Assembly: GCA_905178155.1 (NCBI GenBank)
Contig: CAJINV010000002.1
Coordinates: 3,725,838-3,789,837, forward strand
Source: Amoebophrya sp. A120
Lineage: Eukaryota; Protista; Dinoflagellata
Direction: 5' to 3'
Length of the DNA: 64,000 bases
Part shown: positions 11,701 to 23,700 of the stretch, in pieces
Layout of the letters: each line of letters starts with the position of its first letter
How positions within the stretch are numbered: the first letter of the stretch is position 1
Notes under the pieces: model-generated
Databases searched by the model: none
Told to the model about the DNA's origin: nothing
The model's input: the letters and a program-made list of their open reading frames with translations, nothing else
Made by a program: the position numbers and the translations under genes

Positions 11701-14700
11701 TTTTCGCAGTAGTTTTGCTGGGCTTTCACGTTATCCTGCGCGGAGAGCATGTTGTCGTAGGGAAGGGGTTCGTAGGTGGGGATGTAATTCCCCGTAGCTT
11801 CGTCGATTTTGTAGATCTGCCGATCCAGTTATGCGAGTACACACCCCCCCTCTCCCTCATTTGTATGGCGTGGACAGCAACACAAACACCAGCACACGTG
11901 GAGCCTATGCATGACAAATTTATGTATCTGATGTAGTACTGTTTGGGCTCCCGGAATTTGTCATGCAAACAGTGCCACCGGGCAGCGGCTGGATTTGGGG
12001 TTCTACATGACAAATGAGGGCGTGGGGGAGTTGTGGACTGTCATACCAACCCGTGCCGGTACCACTTGCTGTGACCCGCCCACCACTTGCAAAATTCGTT
12101 ACTGCCCTGGTACGTGCCTTTGACCTCGGTACCCAACTCGGACTTCACGCCGGCGCTGATGTTTTTTGTGTATTACAAGTAGCATGTTGATCTGTAATGC
12201 TGTTCTCGCATGAGACAGTCTTTTTGCACTCCTCCCGCTGCATGACAAGTTGAAACAACCAGCACAGCACATCTACAAGAAATACGTGTAGTTTATCAGT
12301 TCCTTCGCCCCTCCAACTCCCTTCATCAGAAGCAGGAACGGCAGCAGCGCGAGCCCGGCCACATACGCTCCCGCAATGGACATGTTGCTTTTCTGCTTCT
12401 GGCAGCCTTGAAGAGACGGGTCCATTTCGCACTGGGTCGGCGTATCATCCCCGCACATTTCGTTCGACTTGCCGCGCTATGCAGTGGAAATGCGTCTGGG
12501 ATGTCTAGAAACTTGTCATGCTAGCTGGCGTATCACGAGGACCCCGCAATTTGTGGCGGCCACGCATGACAAGCTTTTGAGTTACTACTTGTTGTCTGTT
12601 CTGCGTATCAAACTTAGTTTTTGCATGACAAAAAAAAACTGGACTTATCTTGAGTGATGCGCATGACAGTTTTCAAAATCATGCTGGCAGCGCATGACAA
12701 AACTCGCAGTCTTCCAGCCCTCCCAGACACATATCTCTGTTCGATACCTGCCACATTCCGATCGAGTTGGGATCGGGGTTTCCCATCGGAGGGCGCCAGT
12801 CCTGGAAATTGTAGCCCGGCGGGGGGAGGGATCCGTCCGCTGGCATCTCCTTGGACTGAAATCCTTTCAGCTGGCACTGCCCCATACGAATGGGCACGAA
12901 GCGCAGGATTTCTTGGGACTGATGTTTATCCAGCTGGGCGTAGGGAAATTCGACCCGCGGCTTCCAGGTCCACTGCCAACTGACACAGCCCGGCGTGGAT
13001 ATGCAACGCGCAAGGCACTCGTTGGAAAAAAACCCGTTCCACGGCAGGGGCATGATAAACAGCTGAATGAACGGTATGTAGAACATATGCATTGCAGCAA
13101 ATATGTCTGGGTCTGGAAGGATACAAGTTTTGTCATGCTTGTCTGGCATGACTGAAGAGTTTGTGATGCGTATCCAAGAAGAGACCCATTGGTTGTCATG
13201 CAAAATTCGCGGTTTCTCATGCGGAAAGTGCAACACTAAGCTGCGCAAGTATTTCTCATGCTTTGCTGTGCATTACAGAGCATTAGCTAATCACAACTCA
13301 GCATCACAATTTTCCAGACCCGGACATATTTACACTTGATAGAACAGCGGCGGGAGCAATCTCGTGTACGAGTACTTCGCCGTGCCCGGACGGACGATAT
13401 CAAAGGGAAAAATGCCTCCACCCCGGAAGTTGTGATGCAAAGCTTCCAAAGGAAACTTTTTGTCTTGCATGAAAGGACTATGAGTCTTTCTGCTGCAGAA
13501 TCTTCTACATCGGTGTCGAGCAAGGCATCTTTTACATGACAGGCCCAGCCGTTGCTGGGGTCTTGCGCAACACAAATTCTAGCTATTCAGCATTGAAAAT
13601 TTGTGATGCTGAAACATGCACAAGAGGAGGAACGTTCCCAATGCATAGCTTTGCAATACAAATGCTGCCAGGTTATGGGCATTTTTCATTGCGATAGACG
13701 ATCCCCGTGATTTGGTTCTTTTTCAGCTCCTCCTTGCCGCACTTCTTCGACCCGGTGGGCCCGCTGACCGCCAGCCCCAGAGCCGCTTCCGGGTGGGCTA
13801 TCAAATGCAAATATGCCTGGGTCTGGAAGAATGCAAGTTTGTCATGCTTGTCTCGCATGACTCTACTTAAGTCTGCAATGCACGAGCAGGAAGGCAGCCT
13901 CTCACCTGTCATGCAAAAATGCAGTTTCTCATACGGGAAGCGAAAATCATAGGAGCTCAGAAACTTGTCATGCGTGGCTGCGTAACGTAGTGCGCCCACC
14001 ATTCACAAACTAGCATCACAAGTTTCCAGACCCAGACATATTTGCAGTTGATATGGGCCCGCGTGAAGCACGCTTGGTTCCCGAGCCCGTTCAGGTGCTT
14101 CTTTACCGGGTACGGACCTTGTTTGCAGCAGCAGTTGCCGTCTTCGTTTATCATATGTAAAAGCAGCCCCACGCCATTGTTAAGATGGGAAGTCCGCAAC
14201 ACAAATCCTCAAGTTTTGGAAGTTCTGCATGACAAATTTGGCCTCATAGTGTCTTCCTGTTTAGCTAGTTAAGCAGCATCACAGATCCAGCACAGTCAGC
14301 ATGCCGATTGGAGCATGACAAATTACTAAACACGACTACAAAATGCCTCTCATGGGGCTCCGCATGAGAAGCATTTTTACCATGCAGATTTGCATGACAA
14401 CTCTGGGGTGGGGACGTTTTTACTCAGGATATCGTTGGGCGTTTGCTCGAAATAGAGCAGCCGTTCGGCAGTGGTATCGCAAGAAAAAAGTGCTACAGCT
14501 ACACATTGTGTTGCAGGCCAAGCAGGACAGGCAAGCTCTGTCATGCCGGAGATGCATGGGAGCCTCGTCTCATAGGTGTTTTCCCGTAGGATCGATTTCT
14601 GCATTGCAAGTTTTCTCTCTCATGCAGAGAAATTTGTGTTGCTGAATTCACTACAAATGTGTAACTGTAACATTTTTTTCGTGGGATAAGTGGACGGTAT

Positions 14701-15842
14701 CTTGTAGTACGTGTACGCCCCTTCCTCTACAAAATCGTCCGGATCCGTGTTTTCGTTTATCCCGCCGCTGCCGTTATCTTCCACTTATTACAATGAAAAA
14801 TGCCCCCACCCCAAAACTTGGGAGCATTTGTATTGCAAGCCTTTCCAATGGCAACACTCACCGCGTTGCATGTATCAGCATCACAGATTTTCGGTAGCGA
14901 ATAACAAAAATCTGTATTGCAAAAGATCCCAGCAAGAGCGGCGCTTGTCATGCAAGTAGCGATGCGGTATACGACTAGACTCTGCATCAGAAAGATTCGT
15001 AGTCCTTTCAGGCATGACAAAAAGTTTTCATTTGGAAACTTCGCATCACAAATTATTGCAAACTTCGGGGTGGTGGCATTTTTCATTGTAATACCACTCG
15101 CACTTGGTTCACCGGCTCCTCGGCGGCGTTCGCCCGCCGCACCTGCTTCCATATGCATTGCAAAAATGTCTGGGTCTGGAAAAGTGGAACTTGTATTGCA
15201 TGTCTTGCATTCCTGAAAAATCTGTAATGCACAGCCAGCAAGAAAGGCGCTACTTTCTCGTCCTGCAAAAACGCAGTTTGTCATGCGTGCTACGCATCAG
15301 ACGGCGTCAAGTATGCCTGTCATGCATGGCTGCACTTGAAAGCGCCAGTCATCTTATCCAAACTTTAGCATCACAAATTTCCAGACCCAGACATATTTGC
15401 ATTTGATATTCCAGCACCGGGAACAGCACTCGGCCTGGCTGTGCACCCCGAAACAGGTGTCCCCTGGCGAGGGATCCCAGTTGGTTTTGAAAACGGGACT
15501 GGAAAGAAAGGAGGTGACAACGACATGGGTCGTCGTCGTGTGAGAATTGTTCATTTTTCCGCTACGACCATGGTGCAAACCTGCCGCGGTGGGAGTAGTT
15601 GTGATCAACATCATCGGCTCTCCATTTGATGTTCCTGGAAGTGGGGAAGATGTCGTCGTGACAAGCTGTGATGTTGCGTCGATAGTAGAAACATCCGTAT
15701 CTTGCAGGAACAGAGTGCTGTGGCGTCCTCGTATCGCTGGATCATCGTGGGCCGCCGCGTATGGAGGTGACGTTCCGGGTACTAACGTAAAGCGGTGGAG
15801 AAGCTCCTCGAGGGAGTTGGTAATCGAGTGAGAAAAACTCAT
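8782..15842 (-). CDS. Large Cys-rich protein with PAN/Apple-like motifs and a hydrophobic segment
   Basis: Continuous frame across 17 introners and 2 GT-AG introns; motifs SQAECCSRCW, ECLARCISTPGCVSWQW..GQCQLK; start codon uncertain. Confidence 0.65.
8821..9029. mobile_element. Introner family E
   Basis: TIR; TSD GCCCG. Confidence 0.92.
9136..9413. mobile_element. Degenerate introner (H-like)
   Basis: Imperfect TIR; frame restored on removal plus 5 nt. Confidence 0.65.
9666..9971. mobile_element. Introner family F
   Basis: TIR TATGGxxGTGTCAGxATCGAAAT; TSD TCGCC. Confidence 0.92.
10035..10345. mobile_element. Introner family D
   Basis: TIR with CCCCCTCCCCATATC; TSD TCCCT. Confidence 0.92.
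10598..10890. mobile_element. Introner family C
   Basis: TIR with AAAAACGTCCCCACCC; diverged TSD. Confidence 0.85.
10937..11090. mobile_element. Introner family B, variant AAT..TTA ends
   Basis: TSD GAAAG. Confidence 0.85.
11182..11392. mobile_element. Introner family E (TGT start)
   Basis: TSD GGCCT; reverse complement of 14475-14688. Confidence 0.92.
11465..11621. mobile_element. Introner family B
   Basis: TIR; TSD CACGT. Confidence 0.92.
11830..12045. mobile_element. Introner family G
   Basis: TIR; TSD CCAGT/CCAAC; close match to 26406-26629. Confidence 0.88.
12478..12746. mobile_element. Degenerate introner family A with GT-AG ends available
   Basis: Eroded TIR/TSD; minus strand CAG|GTATC..CATAG|CGC is in frame. 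Confidence 0.8.
13086..13341. mobile_element. Introner family A
   Basis: TIR; TSD GAACA. Confidence 0.92.
13398..13696. mobile_element. Introner family D-like
   Basis: TIR; TSD GACGA. Confidence 0.9.
13799..14053. mobile_element. Introner family A
   Basis: TIR; TSD TGGGC. Confidence 0.92.
14149..14431. mobile_element. Introner family C
   Basis: TIR; TSD TCGTT. Confidence 0.9.
14475..14688. mobile_element. Introner family E
   Basis: TIR; TSD AGTGG. Confidence 0.92.
14786..15093. mobile_element. Introner family D-like
   Basis: TIR TATTACAATGAAAAATGCC; TSD CCACT. Confidence 0.92.
15152..15408. mobile_element. Introner family A
   Basis: TIR; TSD TTCCA. Confidence 0.92.
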
Positions 15843-17749
15843 TCTGTACTATGTGTGCGCTGTGCCCGTCGGTAAAAAAGATAAAAACTTCAAGTCCCTT
15901 CGTAGCTCACAATACAACATTTTCTTTTCGACAAAAACGCGCAGCTGCGGGCGTCGGACAAATCAACAAATACTCCTGTGGGTGATGAATATATACTTGA
16001 AAGCGATGTCGGATTTTTACACAAACCCTTGATGAAATAAACGGGATTTTCGCTCTAGAAGGCACACGCGCTCCGACTCGAAACCCATTTTGACGCAGCA
16101 GCGACGCTCAGTACCTACACCTCTCGTCCCTCCTCGAACATGTTCTTCCGTGCGAGATCTCAGCTTGCGCTTCCACTGACGGTGTCGCCACCGATCAATG
16201 ACACTACGCGTACGCTGCAGCGAGACGCCTCATGATCTTTGGAGAGAGTACAAAGGAGCCTCCGACCGGGCCCCACGTGCGAAGCCAGCCTGCCTCAGCA
16301 AGCCTGGAAGAGACAGCAGATTCCAGGCACGGGCCCTGCGCCACACATCCAACCGCGGTGGGCGGGCGCCGGGGGGGCGCGGGTCCGCTCAACGGCGCGC
16401 GCGGTGCTACCTCGTAAATGGCTGGCGGACAATCCAGGCACACAGGCAGAAAAAAAAACGGACGGGCGCGCGACCCGTCGGGGCCCGAGAGAGAGCGGGC
16501 GCGGGCCTCCCTTGGGAAGGTGCGGGCGCAGGCGGTAGGCGCGCGCGGGCGGCATGCAGCAGCGGGCGGGCCCAAAAAACACAGGGCGCAACGGCCACGC
16601 ACATACGCCAGGAGGTTCGAAATGTGGCTGGAATCGCTGCCCGTTGGTGCTCTGCGGTTTCCAGGCGTCGGCGTCGGCGTGGCCAATGCCTCAGGCTGCC
16701 GCGCCAGGCATGCCCACGGCATCGACTGCCGGGCACCCACTGCCCTGCGCCCGCGAAAGGCAACCCCTGCCCCATTTTCCCGCGCATTCTGCCACCGGCC
16801 TGCTGCGCCGGTGGACCAGGATGCCCCCCGCCCCGACCTGCTGCCGCGGCGGGTGTTCCGGCTTATCGCGGGCGGGGAACGCTGCCGCCCTACATGATAT
16901 CGCGCCTTTGCTCAAATAGAAGCAGCGGAGTATCACTCTGCTTACTCACGCACGCACTTGCGCTCAAGCAACACTCACTATGGTATAAAGTAACTCTTTT
17001 GTATAGCGCTATTGCTCTTTCACTCTGAACAAACGCGAAGAAGACCATGACTGAACAAGAAGTGCGCGCTCGCTCCAATGGCGCGAGGTTGCTTGAAAAG
17101 TTTGATTCCTAGTTCATTCGAAATAGACGAAAATCATAAGAAAACTACGGTCTCTTTTTTGTCGTTAGGTGTTTCGATGCGTGGGTCAAAATTTTCAATG
17201 ACTCCATAAAAAAGTTTTTCAGGTTGAGCTGGTCTGTCGCGTGCTTGGACTCGATGAAAGTTCAGCGCTGTAGTACACATCTTTTGTAATTTGTAGGTGC
17301 AGCACATCTAACAAAGTATTCAGTATTGCCACGGACTACCTCCGTCCAAGTTTACTCGCTCCACGTAGGGCAGCGCGAATCTTCTCGGTATTCTCAACTA
17401 GATACAGCAGCTTCAGCACATAAACCACTAGCACAATTTTTGTTTTTTGTTCGCCCGCAATACGAAGAGTTCATACATTATGAGTTACAGCTGATGTCGC
17501 TAGGTGTAGATACAAAAGGTCGACCTTTAAATGTTGCATTTCTCAAAACGTTAGGCTTTCTGCATTTTAGTCGTAGAAGTACGGTGACCTTCACTATTGG
17601 GGCAAAAGAGACAAAGGGTGCATCGCTATTTGTTTATGACGTTTGTTTCTAGTTCATTAGCGATACGGTAGTATTGGTACTGATCAATCGCTAGATATTT
17701 TTTCATTCTTCAACATCGTGTGATTATCATTATAGAAGATTTCTGAATC

Positions 17750-20700
17750 TCACCTCCGCCCCATCCCCCGCGTGGTCGCGCCTCCGCCACGGTCACTGCA
17801 CGACCTTCCCGACTGCTGATGGGAACTCCTCGATCTTGCCCCCCGTTCGTTCTTGCCCGAGATTTTATGCTTGGACGAAGGTCCTGTTCCTCCTGCTCCG
17901 TGATTATTTATTCCACTGTCGCCACCAAAACTTTTCGGTAAAATCGGCACTCCGCGGTTGGATTTCCCCGAAGAGCCGCCAGAGGTACGGTTGCAGGTAG
18001 ATTTCGTTTGGTCGTCGCTTTTCCGGTTTTTAAGACAGGTTGTAGCTTTGATGTTGTTCATATTGGTGTTGTTGACCACAGAGGTCGTGGTCGTCTCGTC
18101 TACTGCATCTGGATCTGCAGTTGTTCCTTCGAGATTTAATATTTTACAAGCGTTATAGTTTTGCTGTTGGTCCGTGCTTATCAAATGCGAAAGTGTCTGG
18201 GTCTGGAACATTGCCGGGCTTGTGTTTGTCGTGCATACGTTGCATGACCCAGGACGTCTGTAATGCACGACCTAGCATCACAGATTTTTTAGCGGGCTTC
18301 CTGATGCTTACTCCGCATGGCAAATAGCCTCCCGGCGTAGCACAAACTGGACTCCTCTTGCTGCTCATGCAATACAGATTTTTTTAGAGTCGAAAGTTAG
18401 CATCACAAGTTCCAACCTTCCAGACCCAGACACTTTTGCATTTGATAGTGATTTTTATCTCCTTCACAGCTTCGTCCAAGCGGCGGAGGTTCCGGTGCTG
18501 CTTCTTGCCGGGAAGATGATGCTGAACATCAGCAGGGAGAATTTGCGTCGCTGCTGCTGCTGCTGGGTCCGAATCTGCATGCGGAGTTGCTGCTTGTTCC
18601 ACCATCTGATTGTCCACATGATGACTCTGATTGTTCACATCTTCCATAGCTTCGGCAGGAAGTCCGCCTGTTGCTGCAGCTGTCGAGATCGCCCCATGAC
18701 CTCCTAGAAATTGTACTTCATTTGTCGACTTACTACTCCCTCGTTTCGAACTGAAAAACTGCCCTGCGTCCTCCGAGCACGAGTTGCTTTGAAAAGCGTC
18801 GGTGTGCTGGGCGGTGGACTCTTGACTTTGCTCCGCGGTAATAGGACGGTGAGTCATCTCACTAATAGAAAGAACTGTTGCAGCGTGAGCTGCACCAGCA
18901 GCAGCTGCAACACCTCCAACGCCGGGTATAGTAATTTCTGCTCCCGCGTACTTCGCAAGATCCGCTTGCACCACCGGAGCAGGGGCCGACACGGCGTCTC
19001 TGGTCGTCGTGGTGGCCATCGGAGTAGTACCTGGAAAGATCGTAGAGTAGAGTAGTTGCATGATTGGAATGGAGTACATTCATGCATCTGTCGGAGATAC
19101 ATTCAGGTTTTGATATTACACAGCAGCACAGTATAGTCTCTGTATCATTCCTCTCACTGAAAAAGAGAGAGTTAGGCTTTATCTTGTTCAGAACCACGAT
19201 CATAGTTAGTTGTACCTTGCGAAAAGTGTAAGTTCAGGTTCACATCGACCTCCAAGGGCTGCTGGTCTACCCCTTGGGGAAGATGACCACCAGGCGTCGC
19301 AGCCATAATCATATCTCCTCGTGGCAAATGCAGACCTTCCTGTCCACGCGGCGTCGTTTTCAGTGTCAGTTCCGGTTGTTCGCGAAGGATGTAGCTCGGA
19401 GTAGGCAGCTGGTGGTTCACAAGCATGCTCGTTTCCATCGGCGGTGGTGGCAGGGGCATGGGCATCATCTTCTTGTTGCCCACTTTCTCGGCGGGAAAAA
19501 ATCCTCCACCATGGGGTCGTCCATTATCATAACGGCAAATATCAGCATGATTATGCTGGCCCATGCCCATCATCATCGAATTATTATTATTGCCAGCATT
19601 GCTATAATAGTTCCTGGTCGTAGAATTCGAATTTGATGTCATTCCAGAAGAAAGCATCCGACAGCTGCTGTCCTCCAGTTTCACACGTTTTGTCGGTGGG
19701 GGTAGGACTAACTCTTCTGGGCAGTGGTTGTGCTGCGGTGCGTTTTTTGCCATGGTGTTGTACATGCTGCCACCGCGAGGATCCAAAGCGGCCTCATTAT
19801 GACCACCTGTGGTAGCAGTAGTAGACATCATGATGACATGGTTACTACTGCTCTTCTTCTTGGGAATCGGAAGCACTTTTCCCAGGTTCGACGCGGCTTT
19901 TTGCTGCAGCCCCGGGAGCGACTGCGGCTTCACTTCCTTGACCGCGGAGAGCGGCTCATTGTCATTTTGACGATGCGGCGAAACCAAGACGTTGTGGTTG
20001 TGTTGATGTAGGTCTGTCGGCGCGCCGTGAGGAAGAACTGGGAAAACATTATGCCGCTGCACCATGATGTCCCTGGTTTGCAGGGGCGTGGAAACTCCGA
20101 AGCTACTCGCTGGGGAACAAGCCTGTTGGAACTGGTCGGGAATCTGGTCGAGAGGTAAAGCAGAGATCGTCGCCGAGGGTGGAGGACGGCTTGACTGCTG
20201 TTGTTCCTGCTGCTGCTGTATTTTTTCTTGTTCAACAGCATCAGCTGGCGGAAAGTGCCCGTAAATCGCTTCCGATTTTTCGTGGATATTGCCTTTTGTT
20301 CTGTGAGAAACAATTTCCGCGATGTCGTTGTAGGTGATGGAGCGAGTCGTGGTTTGGTCGTTGTTGCAACTGCCGTCGAGATCGTCCTGTTCCTTCTGCG
20401 ATGCGGCACTTACACGGCCAGCAGTACCAGTAGGGACTTCTTCATCATTATCTTTGTGCATTTCAACATCTAGAAGTACTTCTCCGACATTATCGTTTGT
20501 TCCTTGCGCGTCAACACAAACACCAGCACCACAAGGCTCCGGCTGCGCCGGCGGCGCACCCGTTACTTCCTCAAGCGAGCTGGCTACGGGGAAAGCCGAA
20601 GTGCTTTCCACATCATCCACAGCATCGCGTCCTAGTTCTTGCCCTTCCCCTTGCATCGTCGTCCCTGCTGCGCAAGACAAATTTGGGTCGCAGCTCTCAC

Positions 20701-23700
20701 AACTACCAGTACCACCCAGCTGTTGCATCATCAAATGGTGTGGCGGGGGCGTCGTGCTGGAATCTCGTCGGGGTTTTTGCTCGGCGAGCGACGGGACAAG
20801 GAGGTTTTGGTTTTCGCCACCAGCACTCGGAGCTGAATAAACAGTCTCATGATCTCCCAACACAGTCTGCCCGTGCAGCACGGGCGGCCTTTGCACCACG
20901 CCCGCAGTCGTGCTGGTCGGAACATCAAGCGGCGTTCCACCGATCATGGGGATCTGGTTCACAGAAGAAAAAACTGCAGGCGTGGTAGTTGCCTGTCCGA
21001 GAGAACTGCAACTCTTCGTACGCTGGTTATTCATCAGAACCGACGTGGCTGCACCTCCATGGTCTCGCTGCGTGGTCGCGGAGAGCTGCATTGTAGGTGG
21101 ACCAATGAGATTCCCGGCTGTCGCCCCTGCTTTCCTCCGATCGCACGACCCCAATCCACCAGCACCCCCGCCCTGCGCTTCGAATAAAACTTCTCTTTGT
21201 TTCCGGGTCAAAATTTTCGTGTCCGGTGGCGGTTTCGCCGGGTCGAAGAGGCTGTAGGCTGGGAGATCGTTGGCATGCTGGTTGTGTGAAGTAGACGTCG
21301 GCGGCGCGGCGGAAGTACAACTGCCTGGCGGCCGTAAAACTCGGTCGAAATCGAGCGGCTGCTTTTGTGCGCCGTGAGCTGCTCTCCCACCCCCGTGTCG
21401 TCGCTGCGTCGGTGGGCCAATGGGCAAGTTGGGGTTCATAGAAGCCGGGGAGCCGAGGCGGTAGTTGCCGTCGTAGGAACTGTGCAGCGGCCCACCTCGA
21501 AGATCATGATGCTCTCCCCTCAACATCTTTCCGCTTGCAGTGGTGCCACTACTTCTCGGTCCTCCGTTATAGGCGTGGTCTGTCATCCGGTGCGTGGGCG
21601 TTCCGTAGATGCTGGAGAAACCAGATCCACCGCCGGAGGAAGGTCCGTACATGCTCGCGTACCCATTGTAGTACCCGCCCTTCCCCCCACTACCGGCGTA
21701 GTGGTGATCTCGGTCGTACATCCAACTCATCATCGAGCTCCAGGAGGACCCCTTTCCCTTCATCCCCTTGTGGTGGTACGGAGACATCGAGCAGGAGGTG
21801 GAGTACAAATCCAAATCATGATAGCCGCTAGTAAAACTTCTGCCCTTCTGTTCCATTCGCCTCATCTGTTGTAGTTGATCTAGCTCGCGAGCAGAAGAAG
21901 ACCCGGCTGTTGTTCCCCGCGAGGACACGCTGTCCGTCAACGGGGGCGGCGGGCCCATCACCCCGACCTCGTCCCAATTCTGAATGTTTTTTACCACCTT
22001 TTCGTAACTCGTGCCCACCGGCAGGTTCCGCAATTTTTTCTGCGCTTCCGAGCTCGTCGCGTCGAACAGCGTATCAAGTGCAAAAATGTCTGGGTCTGGA
22101 AGAATGCAACATCTGTCATGCAGATTTCTCATGACCCATGATGCCTGTAATGCACGACCTAGCATCGCAGACTTTCAGAGGGCTTCCTGATGCACCTTCC
22201 GCATGAGAAATGCCCTGTCCGTGTAGCACAAACTGCACCCCTCTTGCTGGTCATGCAATACAAATTTTTTTAGAGTCCCAAAACAGCATGACAAGTTGCA
22301 ATCTTCCAGACCCAGACACTTTTGCAGTTGATACAGCGACCACACCGGCTTCGTGGAATTGTCGAAATGGTCTTTGTTTTATCGAGTCGGAAAAAGTATC
22401 GCAGTCGTACTAAGGTAAGTAATTGCAGTTTTGCATGACAAACCTTCTGTCCATAAGCTGAATCAGCATGCTAAATGGTCGTGTCATCCTCGAAAATGCA
22501 ATTGCAATTAGATGAACACGATACGTTTGCAGAATGCGTATTCGACTCCCGGAATTCGGCGCGGGTTTATGTTCCTTTCTGAGGGAGCAATTCGAGAGCG
22601 ACCGGACCGTGCCACCACCATTGATGTTTCTCATGTGCTGCTGTTGCTGAAGAAAATTATCGCTATTACTCGTCCCCATTTGATGTGCTGCGCGGGGCGG
22701 CGATAAGGATCTCGCGTGGTCGTGCAGCGCCGGCAGTGAAGCATTGGCGTGAAGAGGACCCCCACCGGCGTTGATGGTCATGCTACTGCCACAAGAATTA
22801 GTAGAACTGAAAGTTGTACAGCTATCCGGTGGCGGAAAATGAAGCGGGGGACGTCTTTGACTCACAATCCCGTCCCGCGTAAGAGGAGCTGCGTGGAGGT
22901 CTCGGATTCGGCCAGCTGGGTCTTCTAGAGCTACCTGACCACGCGTCATGTCACCCCCCACGGGCGGTGGTCCTCCAGCTCCTCCGATCATGCTGGGCGT
23001 GACACTCCCGTTCGAACAGCTGCGCAAACTATCAAATGGAAAAATCCCCCCACCCCATATCGAAAACGAAACTTGTTATGCTGTATTTGAGTACACAGAT
23101 CGACTTGTAATGCTAGAAGGCCAAGAGCCGCAGTTGTGGCCTCGTTTGCAGGCAATTTGTCATGCTGTTTCCCACTTCCAGTTGCTTCCTGTCATGCTGA
23201 AGATGCAAGGCTTCCCCACGCCACCCAGCACTACAGTCCGCATCTTTTCCCTTCTAGCATGATAAAGCTGATTTGTGACTGCAAATCTGCATCACAGATT
23301 TCCGTTTTGATATGGGGAGGGGGGATTTTTCTTCTTGATACAAACTCGCGGACTTCGACACCGTGAAGTTGTTCGGCGTGGGAAATTATGCATTGCAAAT
23401 GTGTCTGGGTCTGGAAGAATGCAAGATTTGTCATGCTTGTCTGGCATGACTCTGAGGTCTGTGATGCATACGCACAAAGCGCTTCTCTTGCCTGTCATGC
23501 AAAAACGCCATTTGCCATGCGGAATACGCAACAGATGGCAGCTGAAAAATTTGTCATGCGTGGCTGCCCATTCAAGTGCGCCCATCAATCGCAGACTTGC
23601 ATTACAAGTTCCCAGACCCAGACATATTTGCACTGCATAGAAAGAAAGCGCCAGTACTTGGCGTGGTACCACCACCTCCACAGCTAGTTGTCGCAGTAGT

